From: Gemmata obscuriglobus
GTDB taxonomy: Bacteria; Planctomycetota; Planctomycetia; Gemmatales; Gemmataceae
Direction: 5' to 3'
Length of the DNA stretch: 32,000 bases
NCBI RefSeq assembly: GCF_008065095.1
Contig: NZ_CP042911.1
Coordinates: 4,020,001-4,052,000, forward strand
Of the stretch, positions 24,860 to 32,000 are shown in pieces. The position numbers and the translations under genes were made by a program. Below the pieces are notes generated by a model, which was not told the origin of the DNA, did not search any database, and saw only the letters and a list, made by a program, of their open reading frames with translations. The number at the start of each line of letters is the position of its first letter. Within the stretch, counting starts at the first letter, position 1.

Positions 24860-24967
24860 TAGTACTACAGCGCAGGGTTGGCGCAACTGGTGATTCTTCA
24901 GGCCCAGTACCCACGAATAATCAGGACTTACGACCGCAACTGCGGCCATGAAATAAGGACTTACGGC
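24860..24967. repeat. Second, right-truncated copy of the MITE-like element
   Basis: 101 of 108 positions are identical to 14969-15076, in the same orientation. Similarity stops abruptly at 24967 (acttacggc|ctacattcc). The right TIR is missing, and the AT-rich 3' end of the IS1634-like element begins there. Confidence 0.6.
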
Positions 24968-25021
24968 CTACATTCCGAGAGACAAAAATTCGTCTTTTTG
25001 GCGAATTATTCGCACTGTATT

Positions 25022-26215
25022 TTAACGCGATGCTTGGCTCTTAGCTAATTGCGCGTCATTGATTCCGTACGCCGCCTGACTGACCCCGAGCAAGTGGAGC
25101 ACGCGGCGGGCGTCGTCGGACAAGGGTCATGGAACCGACGCAACTCCTGACCCGACGCCTCGACCAACCGGTGCCGCCGCTGCCCCTCAAGCACATCGAA
25201 CACGGCACCCGTGGTCGGGGCCAACGTGGCACGGCCCTCGGGGTACAGGGCCAAGCTCTCGATCCCGTCATTCGTCATGGCCGGACGGACCTCGCGCTCG
25301 ACCAACGCGCCGACCAGCTCTACCACGTAGTACAGCCACAACAGGCTCTCGACCCGCGTCACATTAGACTCATGGCGCAATAGACAGCAAACCCTTGTGC
25401 AGAAAGAGTTTGCGGTGAGTCCACATTCAATGCCGCAACTCGTTTTCAAGCAAGGGTATACGGCAAAACCGGCCCTATTGCGCAACGAGTCTATTCTCGA
25501 GCCACGTGGTCATCACACCGAACCCGCCCCTGAGCTGCTCGTGACGCTTCTCCACGAACGGTTGGTACTTATACTTCCTGAGCGCCTCCGCGACGCTCAG
25601 CCCCTCGTCGTTGGTCATCAGCGGGAACAGCCCGTCGCACCGGGCCGCATGAGCCAGCGCCTCACCGCGCTCCTCGAACCGGATGTGCCAGCGTGGCGTT
25701 TCCACCCGCCGGTACTCCGTATTCGGACCCGGGCGCCCGGGCTCACCTGCTCGAAATGTTCCTCCACCGCGACACCGACCTCGACACCCAACAGGTGCTC
25801 GACCTCGTACTCGCGGACGATCCGGTCGCCCGCCTGACGCGCCTCCGCGGCCCCACGCCACGCCCGCCGGCCCGGCCGTTGGACCTCGTCCAGGGCCGCG
25901 CGGGCGCGACGCAGGCGCTCGTGCCGGGTCTGGCGATCGGCCTGTTCCTTCTGCGAGCTCCGGTACCACAGGACCCGATACCCGTCGGACGAGCGGTCCG
26001 GGCTTTCCGCCCCGTGGTACACCACACCGGGACCGGTGCGGCGACGCGGGTTGGGCTCCCGATGCACCTCGACCCACTCTACCGGTTGGGCCCGCAGGTG
26101 CTCGCGGAACCGCGCCTACTCGTTGCGGGTCCTGGGCATGACCGTCAGGAACCGCCCGTGTCGCGAGGCAGGGCAAACGCACTCAAGGACCCTGGACAAC
26201 CGCAGGTAATCGGAC
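25022..26215 (-). pseudogene. IS1634/IS4-like transposase, 3' two-thirds only, at least 3 frameshifts plus in-frame TAG
   Basis: Minus-strand pieces are GRFLTVMPRTRNE*ARFREHL (TAG at 26116-26118), GYRVLWYRSSQKEQADRQTRHERLRRARAALDEV and CDGLFPLMTNDEGLSVAEALRKYKYQPFVEKRHEQL. Further pieces are RVESLLWLYYVVELVGALVEREVRPAMTNDGIESLALYPEGR and, in another frame, LSDDARRVLHLLGVSQAAYG...*. The upstream part is replaced by the ISL3-like element near 26.2 kb. Confidence 0.55.
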
Positions 26216-26218
26216 ACT

Positions 26219-27591
26219 TTAGCAGCGAGAGTGCAGGGATTGGGGTTCCTTGCGTGGAACCGGCCGATTTTTAAGCCATCGCGCCGGAGACCGCGCCCGA
26301 TGGAGGCCGTGAAGGGTTTGGGTGCGTCGGGTGGCGTGTTGTTCGCGGTGCATGTCCAAGGCCAATCGTTGCTCGATGTGGCGCTTGGTTCGGGCGCTGT
26401 AAATGCTCTGCTGCGCCTGGCGGAACCGGCGGTTGGACCGTTCCACGGCGTTGCTGGTCGCATCCAAGAGCTGATCGTCCAGAAGCAGCAGCGCCTGTTC
26501 CAAGCTGGGCACGAACAACTTGGACAAGGCCCGGCGCAACGTCTTGAAACGGCCCACACGCGCCCGCAATTTGGCCCGACGAGCCCGCGCGGTCCGCATC
26601 CGGCCAGGCGGTCGAACAGTTGGTACACGGCGGCCACGATTTCGCGTAAGGTGCGTAACTGCGGCTGGCCGCGGGTCAACCGGGCCAGCTTCTTCTTCTG
26701 GGCGGCACTGAGGTGGTGCCGCACGAACAGGCGGCGGTGCTCGAACAGCTCGGCCACATCCGCCTTTCGGCGCGTCATCCGTCGCGCCGGGGCGGCGTCC
26801 TGTTTGCGGGGGCGACCACGCTTGCGCGTGCGGATTGTCGATATGACGTGCTTATGCACGTGAGTCAGCGCATGCCGGACGGCCTGATTGATCTCCTTGA
26901 GGACATGGAACACGCAGAGCGGGTGCGGCACGCCCGGCCAGCGTTGCGGAAGGACGGCCGGGTACCGCGACGAGCCATCGGTGGTAATGCCCTGCACACG
27001 CTTGCCACGGGCGCCCAGTTGGCCCTTAACGTCCGCCCGAAAGATCCGGACATCGGCGTGGGTCGGGTCGTGTTCGAGGACACAACAGGCCAGGCGGTTG
27101 TACCGGCGGTTGTCCACAACTGAAAGGATGCAGAAGGGGCCGTCATCGACTTCGTCGATGGCCACGTAACCGGAGAACTGCACCAGGGCGTCGTCGAGGT
27201 AGGTGGTCCGACGTGTCGCCACCTTTGTCCCCTTCGCCACGACCCAATTCTGGGTCGTGGCGAAGGGGACAAAGACCAGGTGATCCCGCCACAGATTCCA
27301 ACTGGCAGTTTGATAGGGGAGTCCGTCCTCGCACACCAGGCGCACGGCCAGATCCTGGGTGCTTGTACTCGGCGGACTCGATGTTACCGCGAAGGAGGTC
27401 CGCGGCGCCCAGAGGTCGGATTTGAGGTCGAGTTGCGGGGGCGGCGGTACTGCTGGTCCGGGCACGGGCCATGGTTGGAACTTTTGGACAATACCCGCGA
27501 CCTCACCGGCGAGAAACGCGGCATTCAAGGGGCGGTGAGACGCAATCGACGGGACGGCCGGCCGACGCCACCGGCAAAGCGGTCGCTCCAT
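26219..27591 (-). pseudogene. ISL3-like (possibly ISKra4-like) DDE transposase with a frameshift near 26.6 kb
   Basis: Frame A reads LVCEDGLPYQTASWNLWRDHLVFVPFATTQNWV...FSGYVAIDEVDDGPFCILSVVDN...VQGITTDGSSRYPAV...PLCVFHVLKEINQAV...LSAAQKKKLARLTRGQPQLRTLREIVAAVYQLFDR. Frame B continues with AKLRARVGRFKTLRRALSKLFVPSLEQALLLLDDQLLDATSNAVERSNRRFRQAQQSIYSARTKRHIEQRLALD. The 5' limit and start codon (candidate ATG at 27591) are uncertain. Confidence 0.5.
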
Positions 27592-27715
27592 CCCATCCGA
27601 CCGTTGTTGAGCCGCCCTTGAGACGAAACCATGGCCCGACCCGAGTTCCGGGTCGGCTACTCCGCTCCAACGCGACCGGCCGGCACGCGAGCCCCCCCGA
27701 CCAAACCCGTCGCGC

Positions 27716-27864
27716 TCACGTGCCGGAGCCGCGCTTCGTCCGAACGTCCAGCGCTTTGAGAACGAGCCCGAGTACCGTGACCGACAAACCGCTCGCGTCG
27801 GTAAGCCCGTCGAGTCCGGTCCGCGCCAGCGTGTGCACCCGCGAGTCGCTCCGCCGGCGGCTAG
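27716..27864 (-). pseudogene. 3' half of a zinc-ribbon gene split by the IS701-like element
   Basis: The minus-strand frame reads SRRRSDSRVHTLARTGLDGLTDASGLSVTVLGLVLKALDVRTKRGSGT* (TGA at 27716-27718). It joins in frame to ...CRHCFDLTYA at 29315 once the IS is removed. Confidence 0.6.
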
Positions 27865-29313
27865 CACTACAGCGCTAAAAGTCGCAAGTAGTGCGTTGAT
27901 TTGAACTAAAATAGCTTCCCGGCACTGAGGAGGGATGCGATGACGGGAGCTCAACTGGATGCCCTGGCCCCGACGTTCGAGCACCTGCGCACGTACTCCC
28001 GCGGGTTGCTATCGGACCTGCCTCGGAAGACGGCCGAGCCGGTGGCCTTGGCCGCGGGCACCCCGGTGCGAACGCTCCAGGAGTTCCTCCGGGATCACCA
28101 GTGGGACCATGCGGCCCTGGGACACGACGTGCCGAAGCGGATCGCCCGCGTGTTGCTCGCGGAATCGGGCGCCGACACCGGCACGGTCGGGCTCATCGAC
28201 GAGACCCGCGCGGTCAAGAAAGGGACCAAGACGCCCGGGGTTGCTCGCCAGTACCTGGGGTGCGTGGGCAAGGTGGGCAACGGCATCGTGACCGTACACC
28301 TGGGGGTGGCCCGGGGCTCGTACCGGGTCCTCCTGGACGCCGACCTGTACGTGCCCCAGGAGTGGTCCACGGACCGCACCCGGTGCCAGGCCGCGGGCAT
28401 CCCCGACCAGGTCGTGTACCGCCCCAAGTGGCGCATGGCCTTGGAGCAGGTGGACCGGGCCCGGCAAAACGGGGTGCACCTGGATTGGCTCACGTTCGAC
28501 AGTGAGTACGGCAAGAGCCCCGCGTTCCTGCGGGGCTTGGACGACCGCCTGCAATCGTTCGTGGGGGACGTGCCGTCCACGTTCTCGTGCCAGGTGGTGG
28601 CCCGATCGGGAACCCAACCGGCCTCCGAGGTGAAGGGCCAAGAGGCTCGGCACGTGGTCCGCGACGCGAGCGCGTTCCGGTCTCAAGAATGGCAGATCCT
28701 GCGGTTGTCACGGGCCACCGCCGAGGACCAGGTGTGGCGGGTCAAGCGGGCCCGGGTGTAGGCCTCGGGGGCGGACGGGTGGTCGGCCGGCACGTACTGG
28801 TTGGTGTGGGCGTGTAGCGACCACACGGGCGAGGAGAAGTTCCTGGTGTCCAACGCACCGACCGAATGCACGGCCGAGGCGCGGGTGCGGGTCGGGTTCC
28901 GCCGGGCGGCCGTGGAGCACCTGTTCCGGGTGTGCGAATCGGAGCTCGGGTTCACCCACTTCGAGGGCCGCAGCGATACGGCCCTGCGGCGGCACCTGGT
29001 GCTGTGCGTGGCCATGCTGGCGTTCGTGGCCGAGCACACCCAACAGCTGCGGGGGGAAAAATCCCCAGGTCACCGCGGAACAGGTGTGCCGGGTGCTGGC
29101 GGTGCTGAGCCGCGAGTGGTTCGAGCGGGCGCGGGAGACCGCCCCGCGGGTCTGGGTGCTGGACGTGCTCGCGTACCACCAGCGCCGCAATCGGGCCGCC
29201 ACCGCGTCCAAACAACGACGCGTAGTTCACCCACGCACACGCAAAATACCCAGAAAGCTAAAACCGAAACGGCCGACAAAATCTACAGCCAGGGCAAAGT
29301 ATCGCTGTAGTGA
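27865..29313 (+). mobile_element. IS701-family-like insertion sequence (about 1.45 kb) with apparent 3-bp TAG target duplication
   Basis: The termini are CACTACAGCG (27865-27874) and CGCTGTAGTG (29303-29312), which are exact inverse complements. TAG occurs on both flanks (27862-27864 and 29314-29316). Removing the element restores the host reading frame. Confidence 0.7.
27940..29312 (+). pseudogene. IS701-family transposase with in-frame TAG (28759-28761) and a frameshift in a G6A5 run near 29.06 kb
   Basis: ATG at 27940 has GAGGAGGG upstream. Motifs are GLIDETRAVKKGTKTPGVARQYLGCVGKVGNGIVTVHL, DADLYVPQEWSTDRTRCQAAGIP and WLTFDSEYGKSPAFLRGL. After RARV*ASG the same frame continues with YWLVWACSDHTGEEKFLVSNAP...AVEHLFRVCESELGFTHFEGRS. 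A different frame then gives VTAEQVCRVLAVLSREWFERA...LAYHQRRNRAA. Confidence 0.75.
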
Positions 29314-29499
29314 TAGCGTACGTCAGGTCGAAGCAGTGCCGGCAGCCGAAGTGTTTGCCGCCGAGTTACATCTTTCGGACCCGCCGTCGGCAGGTCGCAC
29401 CGTCCCGCGCCAGGGGCACAGGAACCACCACCGCACCCCGCCCAGGTGACACGGCGTGGTGACCAGCGATACCGTGTAGTCGAACCGTTCGCTCGGTAA
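29314..29499 (-). pseudogene. 5' half of the zinc-ribbon gene (frameshift plus in-frame TAA), interrupted by the IS701-like element
   Basis: Minus-strand translation gives ERFDYTVSLVTTPCHLGGVRWWFLCP. After a frameshift it gives DGATCRRRVRKM*LGGKHFGCRHCFDLTYA, with TAA at 29366-29368. The pattern TPC..GG.RWWF.CP...C.RRV...Y....F.CR.C..L.Y is a four-Cys ribbon. No start codon was identified. Confidence 0.5.
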
Positions 29500-29812
29500 G
29501 CCAGATTTTTCTCGGCGTAGATCTCGGTCGTCGCCATCCGCTTGTGTCCGAGCACCGCCTGCGCGCTTTTCGGGCCGGGCAGCGGTAATGTTGCTGCGCG
29601 TGCCGCCAGAACCAGAGCAGCACCTCGTCCACGGTCAACTCGGCGGCGGGCGCGCCGGCAACAGCGGGTACTACGTTCAGCTCGGCAACAATGCGCGCGA
29701 ACTCGGAACGGCTTTCCGGCGTGCAGAACTTGCCGATTGTGACCCAGCCACAAGCCAATCCAGTCGACTTCTGGTGCTTGTAAACGGGGATAGTGTTCTT
29801 CGGACGAGCCAC
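29500..29812 (-). pseudogene. Tyrosine recombinase (phage-type integrase) remnant with large internal deletion, adjacent to tRNA-Phe
   Basis: The N-terminal roughly 77 aa (GTG at 29812) are ARPKNTIPVYKHQKSTG...TPESRSEFARIVAEL...LTVDEVLLWFWRHAQQHY. They are joined, in a different frame, to the extreme C-terminal motif SAQAVLGHKRMATTEIYAEKNLA. The catalytic core is absent. It lies 118 nt from the 3' end of the tRNA in the same orientation. Confidence 0.65.
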
Positions 29813-29930
29813 TCGTAAACGCTCACGGAGAGGGTTTACGGGAATCCTCCCGTAAACCAGGCTCTTCCGGACGCGCCCGCGAACGTCGCGGGGTAAGCGT
29901 AACTGATTCTGACGACACGACTTACTTGAG

Positions 29931-30003
29931 TGGGCAGTCCCGGGGTTGAACCGGGGACCTAGCGATTTTCAGTCGCTCGCTCTACCAACTGAGCTAACTG
30001 CCC
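29931..30003 (-). tRNA. tRNA-Phe (anticodon GAA), 73 nt, CCA not encoded
   Basis: Minus-strand sequence is GGGCAGTTAGCTCAGTTGGTAGAGCGAGCGACTGAAAATCGCTAGGTCCCCGGTTCAACCCCGGGACTGCCCA. Acceptor stem GGGCAGT/ACTGCCC, D-stem GCTC/GAGC, anticodon stem AGCGA/TCGCT with loop CTGAAAA. T-stem CCCGG/CCGGG with loop TTCAACC, and discriminator A. Confidence 0.93.
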
Positions 30004-30018
30004 CAAGCTAGCTCTGTA

Positions 30019-30047
30019 TTTATAAAAGCTCGGTCTCGGACCGTCAA
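30019..30047 (-). promoter_or_regulatory. Sigma-70-type promoter of tRNA-Phe
   Basis: On the minus strand, TTGACG (30047-30042) is followed by a 17-nt spacer and TATAAA(T) (30024-30019). The -10 box ends 15 nt upstream of the mature tRNA 5' end. Confidence 0.6.
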
Positions 30048-30167
30048 CAGTGCGGCTAAGTTCTTTGAAAAGTGGCCACGCCACGGTTTGTAATGGACCT
30101 TGGGACCGCCGGCGGGGAAAATGGAAACGCGGGTCGATTTCGCCGCAACTGTTGTGTGGGGCGAGTT

Positions 30168-30271
30168 ATGAGCACACCGCGTTTCACGGCTGAGGAGTTG
30201 GACCGCCTGCGGGCACTGGCCTCGGAGTGGGGCAAAATCGTCTCCAAGCGAGCGTTCGGGGAGGACGGGCA
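30168..30271 (+). other. Short 5' gene fragment (MSTPRFTAEELDRLRALASEWGKIVSKRAFGED...) abutting the left end of the ISAs1-like element
   Basis: The ATG at 30168 opens a clean helical N-terminus that ends where the ISAs1-like left IR begins (30272). No convincing continuation was found after 31498. It could be a truncated gene, possibly another transposase N-terminus. Confidence 0.25.
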
Positions 30272-31498
30272 GGGCTACGCACGGATTGGTGTTGGGTAAG
30301 TTGCGGCGTGTGGGTATGTGCGGCTCCTCATTTTAGGAGCGGCACACATGGCCCGGTCCCTGGTCGAGCGTTTGGCGGAGTTACCGGACCCGCGGAGCCG
30401 TCACGGTCGCCAGTATCCGCTGGTCGGGCTATTGACCTTGTGCCTGGTGGCGGTGATGGGCGGGCACACCACGCCCGAGGCCCTCTCGCAGTTCGGTCGG
30501 CTGCGGCAGAAGCGGTTGAGCCACACGCTCGGGTTCCAGAACGGCGACATGCCGTGCGCCAACACGATTGCCGGGTTACTTCGGAAGCTGGACCCGGACC
30601 ACCTGGACCGGATCATCGGTGCATGGCTCGCGGACCGGCACCCGGACGGGTGGGAGCACCTCGCGTTGGACGGCAAGCGGTTGCGCGGGTCCCGAGACGG
30701 CGAGGTGCCCGGCGCGCACCTGCTGGCCGCGTATGCCCCGGGTGCCGCGGCGGTGGTCGCCCAAATGACGGTCGAGGCCACGACCAACGAACATAAGGCG
30801 GCGCTCCGGTTGCTGGGCGTATGGCCCCCGCTCGGCCGAACCGTAATCACTGGGGACGCCATCTTCACCCAACCGGACGTGTGTGTCGCAGTGCAACAGA
30901 AGGGTGGGGACTACATCTTGTATGCCAAGAGCAACCCGAGCACCTTGCGGGCGGACGTGGATACCGCGTTCGCCGCCACCGGTGGGGCGGCTTTCCCCCC
31001 CCCCGGCGGGCAGCGCTAGTGGGATCGAGATGTGGACACGGCGCGTGAGGTGAGCAATGGGCACGGGCGAGTCGAGCGGCGCACCATGACCAGCACCACA
31101 TGGCTCAACGAGTACTTGACCCGGTGGCCCGGGGTGCAGCAGGTGTTCCGGCTCGAGCGCCGGCGCCGGGTCGGTGGGAAAGCAACGGTGGAGGTGGTGT
31201 ACGGGATCTCCAGTCTGAGCCCGGTGGCCGCGCCCGCGGATGTGCTGCTGCGGTACACGCGGGCGCACTGGGGTATCGAAGCCCGGCACCATGTCCGCGA
31301 CGTGACTTTGTGCGCGGACCGGTGCCGGGTGTGCCACGGGACCGAACCGCGGGTGCTGGCGTCGCTACGGAACGTCTCCATGTACCTCCTACGGCGGCTC
31401 CGGTACCGTCGCCGCGGCCGTTCGGGACGTCGTTGCACGACCCGAGTTCGTGTTCGACGTGCTACATCAGCCAGATTCAATTTGATTAGCCCTGTCCC
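30272..31498 (+). mobile_element. ISAs1-family-like insertion sequence (about 1.23 kb), inactivated
   Basis: The left end is GGGCAGGGCTACGCACGGATTGGTG. The reverse complement of the right end is GGGACAGGGCTAATCAAATTGAATC, sharing the CAGGGCTA core. The size fits ISAs1. No convincing target duplication was found. Confidence 0.55.
30348..31485 (+). pseudogene. ISAs1-family (H-repeat-associated) transposase with in-frame TAG (31017-31019) and a C-terminal frameshift near 31.39 kb
   Basis: ATG at 30348 has AGGAG upstream. Motifs are LAELPDPRSRHGRQYPL, LALDGKRLRGS, VEATTNEHKAALRLL, ITGDAIFTQPDVCVAVQQKGGDYILYAKSN and GQR*WDRDV. The same frame then gives GHGRVERRT...WPGVQQVFRLERRR...VYGISSL...YTRAHWGIEARHHVRDVTL. 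The tail SGTVAAAVRDVVARPEFVFDVLHQPDSI* is in another frame. Confidence 0.75.
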
Positions 31499-31764
31499 GA
31501 CTCCGACGTTGCTTGATGGTTCCGGTTGTTCGGTCGCACCGGTGCGCACGCCGGAGGATGGATGTCGGGCCAGAACTTGGAAGAGGTCTCGCCGCTCACG
31601 GCGAGACCCCGGAACCGTTGAGGATGAAAACGCGGCCGAAATCGACTCGCGGAATGCACTTGGACAAACGAAGTCCGCAAACGGAGTGATATGCTCAAAT
31701 TGACAGGCAATAGTCTCGTGCCTCCGCGAATCGCTGAGCTCGACTGATGCCGAATCTGTGACGC

Positions 31765-32000
31765 TTATCCGGCGGGTGCGAGCGTGGTAAGCAAGAGCTC
31801 GCGTACGGGCTCCGGGAGTTTATCACGACCCATGGTTTGCCCGGCCTGTGGCAAAAGTGCCTCGGCCCAGAGCCACTGCCGGACCGCCGCCAACGCATCG
31901 GAGAAGGTTGTGACGGTCTTGCCCGGCCATTCCACGGCCCCGGTTCGCTTCGATGCGGGCAGGGTGTGGAACAGGACGGCCACCACGGTGTACAACCCGA
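31765..32000 (-). CDS. 3' end of a DDE transposase gene (IS4/IS701-type C-terminus); 5' part outside the window
   Basis: The frame is open to the window edge. The tail ...TTFSDALAAVRQWLWAEALLPQAGQTMGRDKLPEPVRELLLTTLAPAG* resembles the conserved F.DAL..VRR.LW C-terminal signature of IS4-like transposases. Stop is TAA at 31765. Confidence 0.4.
   Translation of the reverse strand, partial: GLYTVVAVLFHTLPASKRTGAVEWPGKTVTTFSDALAAVRQWLWAEALLPQAGQTMGRDKLPEPVRELLLTTLAPAG

Noticed and set aside
14969-24967. The two 108-bp direct repeats as attL and attR of a 9.9-kb integrated element carrying recQ.
   Set aside because: There is no integrase or recombinase between them and the repeats are only 101/108 identical. 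Copy 1 has its own terminal inverted repeats, which is MITE behaviour. The intervening genes are heterogeneous. Recombination between the copies remains possible and is mentioned under findings.
29832-29857. An 11-bp-stem hairpin (ggtttacggga-atcc-tcccgtaaacc) between tRNA-Phe and the integrase remnant, a possible att core or regulatory site.
   Set aside because: It could equally be the tRNA terminator. It is present once only, and no matching sequence was seen at the presumed distal island end. I have no basis to choose between these roles.
15820-31019. Four different transposase genes each carry an in-frame TAG (15820-15822, 26116-26118 on the minus strand, 28759-28761 and 31017-31019). I considered stop-codon readthrough or recoding, or a programmed control of transposition.
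   Set aside because: The same genes also contain multiple frameshifts, so they are simply pseudogenes. TAG is used as a genuine stop by neighbouring core genes (742, 4058, 12623). In a GC-rich genome TAG is the stop most easily reached by single mutations from the abundant CAG, GAG, TAC and TGG codons, so a TAG bias is expected.
31499-31764. A possible continuation of the 30168 gene fragment after the ISAs1-like element, and a 10-bp-stem hairpin ggtctcgccg-ctca-cggcgagacc.
   Set aside because: All three plus-strand frames hit stops quickly or give low-complexity sequence. No target duplication links the two flanks, so a split-gene reconstruction is not supported here, unlike the IS701 case.
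1-32000. I looked for CRISPR arrays, rRNA, tmRNA/RNase P/SRP RNA, riboswitch-like leaders and tandem repeats.
   Set aside because: I saw no regularly spaced short direct repeats. The only RNA gene that folds convincingly is tRNA-Phe. All other repeats seen are two-copy IS- or MITE-related sequences or single hairpins.

Overview
High-GC bacterial chromosome segment with the gene vocabulary of Planctomycetota, Gemmata-like: DUF1588/DUF1552 and DUF1501 proteins, PSCyt-type CxxCH modules, DUF1080, DUF4159 and a long ECF sigma factor. Taxonomy and GC level are inferred by eye. 1-14.46 kb is ordinary core genome: a DUF1588-DUF1552 pair, a membrane-anchored ECF sigma, a DUF1501-DUF1080 operon, tyrA overlapping a long-form purL, a DUF4159 protein, a small membrane protein and a solA-like oxidase. 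14.46-25 kb is a mosaic. It holds a decapitated gene remnant, a 128-bp MITE-like element with a second truncated copy at 24.86 kb, a perfect 38-bp-arm palindrome and a badly decayed IS1-like transposase. It also holds a two-CxxCH cytochrome/WD40 protein, a small hydrophilic protein with a 25-bp-stem hairpin, a gluconokinase pseudogene, an IS66-family element with 8-bp target duplications, and recQ. That IS66 copy is the only transposase in the window without internal damage. 25-32 kb is a tRNA-Phe(GAA)-anchored, decayed integrative island that has become an IS graveyard. It contains an internally deleted integrase and a zinc-ribbon gene split by an IS701-like element; excising that element in silico restores the frame. 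It also contains ISL3-like, IS1634-like and ISAs1-like elements and one more transposase 3' end, all with frameshifts and/or in-frame stops. I found no rRNA, no CRISPR array and no convincing multi-gene defence system. The best candidates for something not routinely described are the ECF sigma-TM-secretin-homology fusion, the perfect 87-bp hairpin, the MITE-like repeat family and the uncharacterised zinc-ribbon gene beside the integrase. All family assignments come from motif recognition by eye and need HMM or BLAST confirmation.
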